Source: an uncultured Clostridia bacterium
Lineage (GTDB): Bacteria > Bacillota > Clostridia > Christensenellales > Aristaeellaceae
Direction of reading: 5' to 3'
Length of the DNA stretch: 64,000 bases
Assembly (NCBI GenBank): GCA_946543085.1
Contig: CAMNLM010000002.1
Span: 20,780 to 84,779 of the forward strand
The translations under genes and the position numbers were made by a program. Every line of letters starts with the position of its first letter. Position 1 is the stretch's first letter. The notes under the pieces are model-generated. The model saw nothing but the letters and a program-made list of their open reading frames with translations, was not told where the DNA came from and ran no database searches. This document shows positions 1 through 9,705 of this stretch, piece by piece.

Positions 1-983
1 AGTTCTTCGGCTCCAACCACGTGCTGAAGGATATCGACCTGGACGTGGAAAAGGGCCAGCTGGTGACGCTGCTAGGCCCCTCCGGCTGCGGCAAGTCCAC
101 GCTGCTGCGCTGCCTGGCAGGCCTGGAGCAGGTGACGGACGGCCACATCTACCTGGACGGCCAGGAGATCACCGACGTGGTGCCCCGCCGCCGCGGCATC
201 GGCATGGTGTTCCAGCAGTATTCCCTCTTTCCCAACATGAGCGTGCGGGACAACGTGGCCTACGGCCTGAAGCTCAAAAAGCTGCCCAAGGCGGAGATCA
301 GCCAGAAGGTGGAGCAGATGCTGGAGATCGTCGGCCTGAGCGAAAAAATCAGCCAGTACCCGGCCCAGCTCTCCGGCGGCCAGCAACAGCGCGTCGCCCT
401 GGCCCGCGCCATGGTGACCGCCCCCAAGGTGCTGCTCCTGGACGAGCCCCTGAGCGCCATCGACGCCCTGCTCCGCAAGAATCTGCAGATCGAGATCCGC
501 CGCATCCAGCAGCAGCTGGGCATCACGACCATCTTCGTCACCCACGACCAGGACGAGGCCATGGTGATGAGCGACATGATCCACCTCTTCCACGACGGCA
601 GGATCGAGCAGAGCGGCACGCCGGAGGAGATCTACACCCGTCCCGCCACGAAGTTTGCCGCCACCTTCATCGGCAACTACAACCTGCCCAGCGCCGCGGA
701 CTTCAACCGCGTCTTCCACGCCGATATACCCGGCCAGGACGTCGCCGTGCGGCCGGAGATCATCACGCTGAGCAGGGAAGCGCCTAAGGCGGAGGAAGGC
801 CTGCTGGTCGCGGAGGGCAGGATCCCCAGCCACATCTCCCACGGCAACCTGATCCGCTTCGCCGTGGAATTCGACGGCGGCCTCACGATGAACGCCGACG
901 TCGTCTACGAAAACAAGCTGGACTTCGGCGAGGGCGACCGCGTATTCGCCTCCTTGAAGAAGGATCTGGTGATCGGGCTGTAA
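1..983 (+). CDS. ABC transporter ATP-binding protein, PotA/FbpC/MalK-like with a C-terminal TOBE-like domain (5' end cut by the window edge)
   Basis: Walker A GPSGCGKST, signature LSGGQQQR, Walker B LLLDEP and H-loop VTHD are present. The frame stays open back to base 3 (FFGSNHVLKD), so the true start lies upstream. Confidence 0.9.
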   Translation, partial: FFGSNHVLKDIDLDVEKGQLVTLLGPSGCGKSTLLRCLAGLEQVTDGHIYLDGQEITDVVPRRRGIGMVFQQYSLFPNMSVRDNVAYGLKLKKLPKAEISQKVEQMLEIVGLSEKISQYPAQLSGGQQQRVALARAMVTAPKVLLLDEPLSAIDALLRKNLQIEIRRIQQQLGITTIFVTHDQDEAMVMSDMIHLFHDGRIEQSGTPEEIYTRPATKFAATFIGNYNLPSAADFNRVFHADIPGQDVAVRPEIITLSREAPKAEEGLLVAEGRIPSHISHGNLIRFAVEFDGGLTMNADVVYENKLDFGEGDRVFASLKKDLVIGL

Positions 984-990
984 GCGCAGC

Positions 991-1034
991 AAAAGACCGT
1001 GCGGGCGGTTCAAAGCACGTCGCACGGTCTTTTT
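991..1034. terminator. Bidirectional rho-independent terminator between convergent genes
   Basis: Stem GACCGTGCG (995..1003) pairs with CGCACGGTC (1021..1029). It is flanked by AAAA upstream and TTTTT downstream. Confidence 0.75.
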
Positions 1035-1647
1035 ATATCTTCCGGTAGAGGCAGTTCTTCTGGCTGCATTTCGAGCAGTCGTGCAGCGTCGTCTGATCGC
1101 AGACGTGGCCGGAAATCCGGACGCAGTACATCATGGATTTGGCGGGCGTCAGGATGCCGCTGCCGGAAATCCGGGCTTCTGGGAAGGCCTCCCGCAGCGG
1201 CGCGAAGCGCAGGCGCTGCGCCTCGGGCGGAAAGCCGGCTCCCGGCTCCAGGCGGTCCGCCATGTAGCGCCCCTCCGCGTTCAGCTCCCTCCGGAGCATC
1301 TCCGAGAACTTGTGGTTCATCTGGAAGAGCATCTGGTCGCAGAGGGTGTTGAGCAGGCTGGCCAGCACGTAGGCCTGGCGCTCAAAGAGGCTGTCCACGC
1401 GCTTTTCCGGCTCCGGCCCCAGGGTCAGGAAGACGGTCAGCAGATCGCCGTGCTCCGCGGTCGCGGCCCGCGGGCCCGCGTCCACCCGCAGCAGCCTCAC
1501 GGCCTCCGGCCAGGCCTCGCGGAACACGGCATGGCAGGGGATGTCCTCCCCGCAGCCGAGCCACCCGAAGGCCTCCGGAGCATCCGGCCGCGGCGCAAAG
1601 TGCTCCGGGCCGTATACGGTCACCTTGTCCATGCGTCCACCATCCAT
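1033..1647 (-). CDS. Hypothetical protein translationally coupled to the corrinoid-domain protein; possibly a B12-enzyme accessory or activation protein
   Basis: 204-aa ORF with an alternative ATG at 1632. It overlaps the upstream stop codon by 10-28 nt. The C-terminus carries a Cys cluster C-x7-C-x2-C-x4-C (VCDQTTLHDCSKCSQKNC). I cannot assign a family from the sequence alone. Confidence 0.55.
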   Translation of the reverse strand: MDGGRMDKVTVYGPEHFAPRPDAPEAFGWLGCGEDIPCHAVFREAWPEAVRLLRVDAGPRAATAEHGDLLTVFLTLGPEPEKRVDSLFERQAYVLASLLNTLCDQMLFQMNHKFSEMLRRELNAEGRYMADRLEPGAGFPPEAQRLRFAPLREAFPEARISGSGILTPAKSMMYCVRISGHVCDQTTLHDCSKCSQKNCLYRKI

Positions 1648-2204
1648 TCAGCCACCGCCGCCGCGCGGTTGTCTAAAAAGTCCAGCGGCAGTTCCGCCAT
1701 TTCCTCCGGCGTCATGCTCGCCCCGCAGAGCACCAGGCGGAACCGATCCCTGATCCCGTGCTCCACCGCCTGCCTGTGCAGGTCCCTGACGAAGGCCCCG
1801 TCCGCCGAAGAGAACCCCACGCAGACGACGAAGCGCACGCCGTGCTCCCGGACGGCCTCCAGGAAGGCCGCGGCGGGGACATCCATGCCCAGGTCCAGGG
1901 CCGGCAGCCCCCAGCCGCGGAGCAGCATCATCAGGAAGTTCTTGCTGATGGCGCTCGTGTTGCCCGCCACGCCGCCGCAGCAGACCGCGCTGGGCTGCTC
2001 CGGCAGGGGAAAGGCGCTGGCCGCCTGGGCCGCCGCCGTCAGCTGGCAGAAGGGGGCCCCGCCGCGCAGATGAGCGTCGGTCACCTCGCGCAGCAGGCTG
2101 TCCTTCTCCCGCCGCCACGTCTCCGGCTCGCCCGTGTGCAGCATCCGCGCCACAGCCTCCCGGTCTCCGCGCAGCAAAGCGTCCCGCAGTATCCGGTCCT
2201 TCAT
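1620..2204 (-). CDS. Cobalamin (B12)-binding-domain protein, corrinoid-protein-like, with a degenerate ligand motif
   Basis: An N-terminal helical cap is followed by a Rossmann-like segment (VRFVVCVGFSS ... RLVLCGAS), as in MtaC/MetH B12 modules. Where DxHxxG is expected the sequence reads AGNTSAISKN (1944..1964), with no His. Confidence 0.65.
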   Translation of the reverse strand: MKDRILRDALLRGDREAVARMLHTGEPETWRREKDSLLREVTDAHLRGGAPFCQLTAAAQAASAFPLPEQPSAVCCGGVAGNTSAISKNFLMMLLRGWGLPALDLGMDVPAAAFLEAVREHGVRFVVCVGFSSADGAFVRDLHRQAVEHGIRDRFRLVLCGASMTPEEMAELPLDFLDNRAAAVAEWMVDAWTR

Positions 2205-2348
2205 CTCAATCGTGCTCCATCATCCTGTTTTCCCGTTTTCCAGCATTATACCGGACGCCCGGAGCCCTGTCAAGCCGTCCCGCGGGTCTGGGAAGACCGC
2301 GCAGAAAAACGCGGAAAAGTGCGGAAAAGCAAAGCCGCGCTTTCCGCA

Positions 2349-2377
2349 TTGACAAGAGAGCACCGTTATGATATATA
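2349..2377 (+). promoter_or_regulatory. Sigma-70-type promoter of the eut operon
   Basis: TTGACA (2349..2354), a 17-nt spacer, then TATATA (2372..2377). The eutA ATG lies about 60 nt downstream and is preceded by GGAAGGAG. Confidence 0.6.
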
Positions 2378-2436
2378 TTCCTTGAAAGAAGTCGCCCGTT
2401 TTGTTCACTTTTTTTCCAGACAGGAAGGAGTCCGCG

Positions 2437-3852
2437 ATGCGGGAAGAACAGCTGCTCAGCGTCGGCATCGACATCGGCACCTCCACCACGCAGTGTGTGT
2501 TCAGCCAGCTCACGCTCAGCAATACCGCCTCGTCCTTCTCCGTTCCGCGCATCCGCATCACAGACAAGAAGGTGCTCTACCGTGCTCCCACGGTGCTGAC
2601 CCCGCTGCTGAGCGCCGACACCATTGACGCCTCCGCGCTGGAGAGGATCATCCGCCGCGACTATGAGGCCGCCGCCATCTCCCCCGCGGACATCCGGCTC
2701 GGCGCGGTGATCATCACCGGCGAGACCGCCCGCAAGGTCAACGCCCGGGCCGTGACGGAAGCGCTCTCCGCCCTGGCCGGCGATTTTGTCGTCGCCACCG
2801 CCGGGCCCTCGCTGGAGAGCATCCTGGCCGGGCGCGGCTCCGGCGCGGCGGAGGCCAGCGAAAAGGGACACCGCGTGCTGAACCTGGATATCGGCGGCGG
2901 GACGACCAACATGGCCCTGTTCGCGGGGGGCAACCCCGTGGCGGACGGCTGCCTGGACCTGGGCGGACGCCTGCTGCGCTTTGAGGCGGACCGGGAGACC
3001 GTGCTCTCCTTTTCCCCGGCCATGGAGCGCGTCGCCCGGGACGTCGGCGTCGTGCTCCACGCCGGCGAAAAGCTCTCCCTGCAGGCGCAGGACCGCCTGG
3101 CCGCGCGCATGGCGCAGGTGCTGGAGGAGGCCGCCGGCCTGCGGGAGCGCACCGCCCTGCACGAGGCGCTGACCGTGGAGCACGCGCTGCCCGCCGACGT
3201 CCGGGCCGATCTCTTCGCTTTCTCCGGCGGCGTGGCCGACTGCGTCTACGGGCTCTCCCGGAGCAGCGCGGACTTCTGCGATCTGGGCGAGGTGCTGGGC
3301 CGCGCCATCGCCCGCTCCCGCTTCTTTGAGCAGGGCCGCGTCATCCGCCCCGCCGAGACGAGCCACGCCACCGTGATCGGTGCCGGCGCGTACAGCGTGG
3401 CCGTATCCGGGAGCACCATTCAGTTCAGCGGCATGCAGCTGCCGCTGGCCTCGCTGCCCGTCGGCAACGTGCCCTTCACTTCGGAGGCGGATATTCCCCG
3501 TCTCGGCGCCGCCATCCGGGATCAGTACCGCATCTTTGACGGGGAGTGCGCCCTCTATATGCAGGGCATCCCCGCTCCGAGCTGGGCCGCGGTATCCGCC
3601 GCCGCCCGCGAGATCGCCCAGGCCATGCTCCCCCATGAGCCCAAGGTGCTCATCCTGCGGGAGGACATGGCGAAGGCCCTGGGGCAGGCGCTGTCCCGGG
3701 CCTGGCCGAAGGGCACGCCGTTTCTGTGCCTGGACGGCATCGAGCTGATGTACGGCGACACAGTGGACATCGGCGCGCCCCTGGGCGGCGGACGTGTGGT
3801 GCCCGTCATCGTCAAGACTTTCGCTTTTTCGCAGGACGCAGGAGGGGAATAG
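2437..3852 (+). CDS. eutA: Ethanolamine ammonia-lyase reactivating factor EutA
   Basis: Actin/Hsp70-like phosphate motifs VGIDIGTSTT and NLDIGGGTTN, with the length and layout typical of EutA. It lies directly upstream of eutBC. The start was moved to ATG 2437, 6 nt after the RBS GGAAGGAG. Confidence 0.9.
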   Translation: MREEQLLSVGIDIGTSTTQCVFSQLTLSNTASSFSVPRIRITDKKVLYRAPTVLTPLLSADTIDASALERIIRRDYEAAAISPADIRLGAVIITGETARKVNARAVTEALSALAGDFVVATAGPSLESILAGRGSGAAEASEKGHRVLNLDIGGGTTNMALFAGGNPVADGCLDLGGRLLRFEADRETVLSFSPAMERVARDVGVVLHAGEKLSLQAQDRLAARMAQVLEEAAGLRERTALHEALTVEHALPADVRADLFAFSGGVADCVYGLSRSSADFCDLGEVLGRAIARSRFFEQGRVIRPAETSHATVIGAGAYSVAVSGSTIQFSGMQLPLASLPVGNVPFTSEADIPRLGAAIRDQYRIFDGECALYMQGIPAPSWAAVSAAAREIAQAMLPHEPKVLILREDMAKALGQALSRAWPKGTPFLCLDGIELMYGDTVDIGAPLGGGRVVPVIVKTFAFSQDAGGE

Positions 3853-3853
3853 C

Positions 3854-5209
3854 ATGCGCCTCAGCGTAACTTTGGGCGGCCACACCTACGCCTTCCGGGA
3901 GGTCCGGGAGGTGATGGGCAAGGCCAACGACATCAAATCCGGCGATCAGCTGGCCGGCGTCGCGGCAGAAACGCCCCAGGAGCGGGTGGCCGCCCGCGTG
4001 GTGCTCAGCCACCTGACGGTGAAGGATATCTGCGAGCACCCGGCTGTCCCCTATGAGCAGGACGAGGTGACCCGCCTAATCCTGGACGACCTGAACATGC
4101 GCATCTACAACCAGTACAAGGACATGACCATCGGCGCGCTGCGGGAGTACATCCTTGAGGCCTCGCCCGAGCAGCTGGCCGTGCTCCGCAGGGGCCTTTC
4201 CAGTGAGGTCATCGCCGCGGTCTGCAAGCTGATGAGCAACCTGGATCTGATCTATGCCGCCCGCAAGATGCGCGTCACCGCCACCTGCGTCACCACGATC
4301 GGCGAGGAGGGCACCCTCAGCGCCCGCCTGCAGCCCAACCATCCCACCGACGACGTGGAGGGCATCACGGCCTCCACGCTGGAGGGCCTCACCTTCGGCG
4401 TGGGCGACGCGGTCATCGGTCTGAACCCCGTGGACGCCTCCACCGAGAGCGTGAAGGCGATCCTGAACCGCTTCGCCGAACTGAAGGCCAAATACGAGAT
4501 TCCTACCCAGACCTGCGTGCTGGCCCACGTGACCACCGGCATGGAGGCCGTGCGCCAGGGCGCTCCCTGCGACCTGATCTTCCAGAGCATCGCGGGCAGC
4601 GAGAAGGGCAACGCCGCCTTCGGCATCAGCAACGCCATGATTGCCGAGGCGAAGGACCTGATGGCCCGCGAAGGCACCAGCCACGGCCCCAACCAGCTGT
4701 ATTTCGAGACCGGCCAGGGCAGCGAGCTCTCCAGCGACGCGCACAACGGCTGGGATCAGGTGACCATGGAGGCCCGCTGCTACGGCTTCGCCCGGCATTT
4801 CAGCCCCTTCCTGGTCAACACGGTGGTGGGCTTCATCGGGCCGGAATACCTCTACGACAACCGCCAGTTCATCCGTGCGGGCCTGGAGGACCACTTCATG
4901 GGCAAGCTCCACGGCCTGCCCATGGGCTGCGACTGCTGCTACACCAACCACATGCGGGCCGACCAGTTCGACAACGAGAACCTGGCCGTGCTCCTGGCCG
5001 CGGCGGGCTGCAACTACTTCATGGGCGTGCCGCACGGGGACGACGTGATGCTCAACTACCAGTCCACGGGCTATCACGATATCGCCGCCATCCGGGAGAC
5101 CATGCGGCTGCGGCCCATCAGCGCCTTCGAGAAATGGATGGAAAAATGGGGCTTCTGGGAGAACGGCCGCCTCGGCCCCAACGCGGGCGACGCGTCCGTG
5201 TTCCTGTGA
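3854..5209 (+). CDS. eutB: Ethanolamine ammonia-lyase large subunit EutB
   Basis: 451 aa with characteristic EutB blocks (QPNHPTDD, YFETGQGSELS, GLPMGCDCCYTNH). The ATG sits 1 nt after the eutA stop. Confidence 0.95.
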   Translation: MRLSVTLGGHTYAFREVREVMGKANDIKSGDQLAGVAAETPQERVAARVVLSHLTVKDICEHPAVPYEQDEVTRLILDDLNMRIYNQYKDMTIGALREYILEASPEQLAVLRRGLSSEVIAAVCKLMSNLDLIYAARKMRVTATCVTTIGEEGTLSARLQPNHPTDDVEGITASTLEGLTFGVGDAVIGLNPVDASTESVKAILNRFAELKAKYEIPTQTCVLAHVTTGMEAVRQGAPCDLIFQSIAGSEKGNAAFGISNAMIAEAKDLMAREGTSHGPNQLYFETGQGSELSSDAHNGWDQVTMEARCYGFARHFSPFLVNTVVGFIGPEYLYDNRQFIRAGLEDHFMGKLHGLPMGCDCCYTNHMRADQFDNENLAVLLAAAGCNYFMGVPHGDDVMLNYQSTGYHDIAAIRETMRLRPISAFEKWMEKWGFWENGRLGPNAGDASVFL

Positions 5210-5233
5210 CGACGCGGGGAGGGAGGAAGAGGC

Positions 5234-6094
5234 ATGACTGAACAGCAGATCCGCGCTGTGGTCGAGCAGGTCCTGGCCCGCCTGGGGCAGGATGCTCCGC
5301 CCGTGAGCACCGATGCTCCGTCCGCGCCCGGCGATCCCCTGCCGGACATCTCCGCCATCGACCTGCGCCGCCAGTACCTGGTGGAAAGCCCGCACGATCA
5401 GGCCGCTTTCCTGGCCATGAAGGAGCGCACCCCCGCCCGCATCGGCGTGGGGCGGGCCGGAGCACGCTACCGCACCGAGACCATGCTCCGCTTCCAGGCG
5501 GATCATGCCGCCGCCCAGGACGCCGTGTTCTCCGACGTGCCGGAGGAGTTCATCCACCAGATGGGCTGGCAGGTCTATCAGACCAGCTGCGAGAGCCGGG
5601 AGGAATTCCTCACCCGCCCGGACAAGGGCCGCGTGTTCCCGCCGGAAACCCTTCAGAAGATCCGAGCCGGCATCCCCGCGGGCACCCAGGTGGTATTCTA
5701 CGTGGCGGACGGCCTGTCCTCCAGCGCCGTCCACGCCAACGCCGCCGACATCCTGCCCGTGATCCACGACGGCCTGCAGGCGGCGGGACTGAAGGTCAGC
5801 GAACCCTTCTTCGTCCGCTTCGGCCGGGTGGCCACGGAGGATCAGATCGGCGAGGCCTGCGGCGCGGACGTGGTGTGCGTGCTGCTGGGCGAGCGGCCCG
5901 GCCTGGTGACAGCCGAGAGCATGAGCGCGTACATCGCCTACAAGCCCACGGTGGGCATGGCGGAGAGCCGCCGCACCGTGCTGGCCAACATTCACCGGGG
6001 CGGCACCCCGGCGGTGGAAGCCGGCGCGCACATCGTGGACCTGATCCAGCTGATCCTGGAGAAGAAAGCCAGCGGCACCGATCTGCCGGTATAA
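5234..6094 (+). CDS. eutC: Ethanolamine ammonia-lyase small subunit EutC with an N-terminal encapsulation-peptide-like helix
   Basis: EutC core blocks are present (ERTPARIGVGRAGARY, GLSSSAV, RFGRVA). The N-terminus EQQIRAVVEQVLARL is followed by a Pro/Ala-rich linker. Confidence 0.93.
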   Translation: MTEQQIRAVVEQVLARLGQDAPPVSTDAPSAPGDPLPDISAIDLRRQYLVESPHDQAAFLAMKERTPARIGVGRAGARYRTETMLRFQADHAAAQDAVFSDVPEEFIHQMGWQVYQTSCESREEFLTRPDKGRVFPPETLQKIRAGIPAGTQVVFYVADGLSSSAVHANAADILPVIHDGLQAAGLKVSEPFFVRFGRVATEDQIGEACGADVVCVLLGERPGLVTAESMSAYIAYKPTVGMAESRRTVLANIHRGGTPAVEAGAHIVDLIQLILEKKASGTDLPV

Positions 6095-6157
6095 CGGATA
6101 GCAGCGGATCGCGGATCACGCATCACGGGATAAAGAATCGCGAAAGGAGGCATCCGC

Positions 6158-6817
6158 TTGCAGGGAGACCGCATGCCAGCCAAGGTACTTGCCGTGCGCC
6201 TGATCCCCCGGGTGGATGCCGGACTGCGGGAGCGGCTGAAGCTGGGAGCCGGGGTGCGCTCGCTGGGCCTGATCACCTGCGACAGCGACGACGTGGGCTA
6301 CACCGCGCTGGACGAGGCCACCAAGAAGGCCAGCGTCTTCGTGGCCTACGCCCAGTCCATGTACGCCGGCGCGGCCAACGCCAACACCGGCCTGGCCGGT
6401 GAATTTCTGGGCATTCTGGCCGGGCCCACCCCGGACGAAGTCGAGGCCGGCCTGGCGGCCGCCCGGCGCATGATCGAATACGACGCCAGCTTTTACAGCG
6501 CCAACGCCGACGACAGCGTGGTGTATTACGCCCACTGCATTTCCCGCACGGGCACCTATCTCTCCGCCCAGTGCGGCATCCCGGAGGGCAGCCCCCTGGC
6601 CTACCTGATCGCGCCGCCCCTGGAGAGCATCTACGGCCTGGACAAGGCGCTGAAGGCGGCCCAGGTGCGGATGGTGGAATTCTACGGGCCGCCCAGTCCC
6701 ACCAACTTCGGCGGCGGGCTGCTGACCGGCTCCCAGTCCGACTGCCGGGCCGCCTGCGAGGCCTTTGCCCGGGCGGTGATCGACGTGGCCAACAACCCCA
6801 TCCGGATGAGCGAGTGA
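6158..6817 (+). CDS. eutL: BMC-T shell protein EutL
   Basis: 219 aa that aligns along its length with EutL (SLGLITCDSDDVGYTALDEATK, AHCISRTGTYLS, LIAPPLES, GGLLTGSQSDCRAACEAF). The TTG start is 7 nt after the RBS GAAAGGAGG. Confidence 0.9.
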   Translation: MQGDRMPAKVLAVRLIPRVDAGLRERLKLGAGVRSLGLITCDSDDVGYTALDEATKKASVFVAYAQSMYAGAANANTGLAGEFLGILAGPTPDEVEAGLAAARRMIEYDASFYSANADDSVVYYAHCISRTGTYLSAQCGIPEGSPLAYLIAPPLESIYGLDKALKAAQVRMVEFYGPPSPTNFGGGLLTGSQSDCRAACEAFARAVIDVANNPIRMSE

Positions 6818-6849
6818 GCGGGTAAACGAAACAGAAAGGACGGCTGCAC

Positions 6850-7476
6850 ATGGAAATAACAGCCCTCGGAATGATCGAGACGAGCGGCCTGCTCTCCGCC
6901 ATCGAGGCGGCGGACGCCGGGCTGAAGGCGGCCAACGTGCGGCTGCTGGGCACGGACTACGTGCGCGGCGGCCTGGTGATGGTGCGCTTTGAGGGCGATG
7001 TGGCCGCGGTGCAGGCGGCGGTCGACGCGGGCGCCGCGGCGGCGCAGCGTGTGGGCAATCTGCTCAGCGCCCATGTGATTCCGCGGGCCATGCCGGAGGT
7101 CTTCTGCATGCTGTCCAGCGACCCCGGCGTGGGGCCGGGCAAGCGCGCGCAGGGCGGCTGCGCGGCCTGCGGAGGCTGCGAGGGCGGCATGCGGGAGCTG
7201 CGCGGCTGCAAGCCCGCTCCCGGAAGCGCCCCGAGCGTAGAAAACGCCAAAAAGACCGAAGGGACGGAAAAGGCGGATCAGAGGGAACCGCAGCCCGATG
7301 CCGTGAAGACAGCCCGGCCCGGCGCGCCTGATCCGGACGCGCTCCGGCAGTGGAAGGTCGTGCAGCTGCGCTCCTACGCGCGGAAGCTCCCGGGCTTCCC
7401 CATGACGGCCAATGAGATCCGCTACGCCAACAAGGCCGCGCTGCTGGAGGCGCTGGCCCGGTATAACAAGCAATAA
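6850..7476 (+). CDS. BMC-H shell protein with a 120-aa C-terminal extension (EutK/PduK-like architecture)
   Basis: Residues 1-85 form a canonical BMC domain (ALGMIETSGLLSAIEAADAGLKAANV ... HVIPRA). The extension carries C-x2-C-x2-C-x9-C (7159..7209) and a helix-extension-helix-like tail (7336..7467). Confidence 0.85.
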   Translation: MEITALGMIETSGLLSAIEAADAGLKAANVRLLGTDYVRGGLVMVRFEGDVAAVQAAVDAGAAAAQRVGNLLSAHVIPRAMPEVFCMLSSDPGVGPGKRAQGGCAACGGCEGGMRELRGCKPAPGSAPSVENAKKTEGTEKADQREPQPDAVKTARPGAPDPDALRQWKVVQLRSYARKLPGFPMTANEIRYANKAALLEALARYNKQ

Positions 7477-7508
7477 GAATCCAAATCTGCAGAAAGGATG
7501 CGAGCGCC

Positions 7509-8987
7509 ATGGAACTGGATAAGGATCTTGCTTCCATACAGGAAGCGCGGGATCTGGTGAAAAAAGCAAAGGCAGCCCAGGCCGTGCTGGCCGAGATGGA
7601 TCAGCAGCAGGTGGACCGCATCGTGGCCGCCATGGCGGGAGCCGCAGAGCGGAACGCCCGGAAGCTGGCCCAGATGGCCGTGGCCGACACCGGCTTCGGC
7701 AAGGAGAGCGACAAGTTCGTCAAAAATCTCTTTGCCGCCCGGACGGTGTACAATTTCATCAAGGACGCGAAGACCATCGGCATCATCCGTGAGGACACGG
7801 CCAGGAAGATGCTGGAGGTGGCCATCCCCGTGGGCGTGGTGGCGGGCCTTGTGCCCAGCACCAATCCCACCAGCACCACCATCTTCAAGGCACTGATCTC
7901 CGTCAAGGCCGGCAACGCCCTGATCGTCTCTCCCCACCCGAGCGCCATCAACTGCATCGGCGAGGCCGTCCGCATCCTGAATGCCGCCGCCATGGAGGCC
8001 GGCGCCCCCGACGGGCTGGTGACCATGATGACGATTCCCACCATCGGCGGCACGGCGGAGCTGATGAAGCGCAGCAACATGATCATCGCCACCGGCGGCA
8101 GCGCGATGGTCAAGGCGGCCTATTCCAGCGGCACCCCCGCCCTGGGTGTCGGCCCGGGCAACGTGCCCGCCTTCATCGAGCGCACCGCCGACATTCCCAA
8201 CGCCGTTCGCCGCATCATCGCCAGCAAGACCTTCGACAACGGCACCATCTGCGCCTCCGAGCAGAGCGTGGTGACGGAGGCCTGCATCCGGGACGAGGTG
8301 ATCGCCCAGTTCAAGCGCCAGGGCGGCTACTTCGTCTCCGGGGAGGAGCAGCGCAAGCTGGAGGCCGTCATGAAGCGCCCCGGCGCGGACACCGTGAACC
8401 CCCGCATCGTTGGCAAGAGCGCCCTGGACATCGCGAAGCTCGCCGGCATCACCGTGCCCCAGGACACGAAGGTCATCCTCTGCGAGCAGGACAAGGTCGG
8501 CAAGGACTATCCCTTCTCCATCGAGAAGCTGAGCCCGCTGCTCGCCTTCTACACCGAGCCCGACTGGCAGCACGCGTGCGAGAAATGCCTGGAGCTCCTG
8601 CGCTTCGGCGGCATTGGCCACAGCCTGAGCATCCACACCAACAATCCCGAGCTGGTGCGCACCTTCGTGCTGAAGAAGCCCGTCTCCCGCCTGCTGGTCA
8701 ACACCGGCTCCACCCAGGGCGGCATCGGCGCGACGACCGGCATCAGCCCCAGCTTCACGCTGGGCTGCGGCGCGGTGGGCGGCAGCGCCACCAGCGACAA
8801 CGTCACCGTGCATCACCTGTACCAGATCCGCCGCGCCGCCTACGGCCTCATCGAGCCCGAGGACGTGAGCCGCATGGCCGACGGCTGCGGGCAGAGCGCC
8901 TGCGCGCCCGCGCCCGGCAGCGTGAACGCCGACGACATGGAGCGCATCGTCCAGGCGGTGCTCCGCCAGGTGCGCGGACTTTCCTAA
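7509..8987 (+). CDS. eutE: CoA-acylating acetaldehyde dehydrogenase EutE with a C-terminal encapsulation-peptide-like helix
   Basis: Aldehyde dehydrogenase fold with ICASEQS around the catalytic Cys, and PduP/EutE-like length. The C-terminal tail [18 protein letters not shown] follows a Pro/Ala linker. Confidence 0.9.
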   Translation: MELDKDLASIQEARDLVKKAKAAQAVLAEMDQQQVDRIVAAMAGAAERNARKLAQMAVADTGFGKESDKFVKNLFAARTVYNFIKDAKTIGIIREDTARKMLEVAIPVGVVAGLVPSTNPTSTTIFKALISVKAGNALIVSPHPSAINCIGEAVRILNAAAMEAGAPDGLVTMMTIPTIGGTAELMKRSNMIIATGGSAMVKAAYSSGTPALGVGPGNVPAFIERTADIPNAVRRIIASKTFDNGTICASEQSVVTEACIRDEVIAQFKRQGGYFVSGEEQRKLEAVMKRPGADTVNPRIVGKSALDIAKLAGITVPQDTKVILCEQDKVGKDYPFSIEKLSPLLAFYTEPDWQHACEKCLELLRFGGIGHSLSIHTNNPELVRTFVLKKPVSRLLVNTGSTQGGIGATTGISPSFTLGCGAVGGSATSDNVTVHHLYQIRRAAYGLIEPEDVSRMADGCGQSACAPAPGSVNADDMERIVQAVLRQVRGLS

Positions 8988-9051
8988 GCTGTTCCGCCTG
9001 CGGTCAGGCGCATGAATACAGTCACTTCAACGCATACAGAGGAGGTTCAGT

Positions 9052-9348
9052 ATGACTCAGGATTATGAAAAGATCGCGCTGGGCATGGTGGAAACCAAGG
9101 GCCTGGTCGGCTCCGTGGAAGCGGCCGATGCCATGGTCAAGGCGGCCAACGTCACCCTGATCGGCAAGGTGCACGTCGGCGGCGGACTGGTCACCGTGAT
9201 GGTGCGCGGCGACGTCGGCGCGGTCAAGGCGGCCACCGACGCGGGCGCGGCCGCGGCCCAGCGCGTGGGCGAACTGATTTCCGTCCACGTCATCCCCCGT
9301 CCCCATCCCGAAGTGGAAGGCATCCTTCCCCATCTCGACGCCCAATAA
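9052..9348 (+). CDS. eutM: BMC-H shell protein EutM/PduA-like (copy 1)
   Basis: 98 aa. [31 protein letters not shown] ... HVIPRPH is a canonical BMC hexamer sequence. Confidence 0.93.
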   Translation: MTQDYEKIALGMVETKGLVGSVEAADAMVKAANVTLIGKVHVGGGLVTVMVRGDVGAVKAATDAGAAAAQRVGELISVHVIPRPHPEVEGILPHLDAQ

Positions 9349-9363
9349 GGCAGGAGGTACAGC

Positions 9364-9651
<288 letters not shown>

Positions 9652-9705
9652 TCGGGCGGCGGTATGCTGTTGATCGCACTCCGTACCTGAGGAGGCTTAT
9701 TTCCT

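Noticed and set aside
2205-2436. Search for an AdoCbl riboswitch or an ANTAR (EutV) dual-hairpin antiterminator in the eutA leader.
   Set aside because: The best promoter leaves only about 60 nt of leader, with no paired hexaloop hairpins and no terminator. A GCGGAAAG/CTTTCCGC hairpin lies upstream of the -35 box, not in the transcript.
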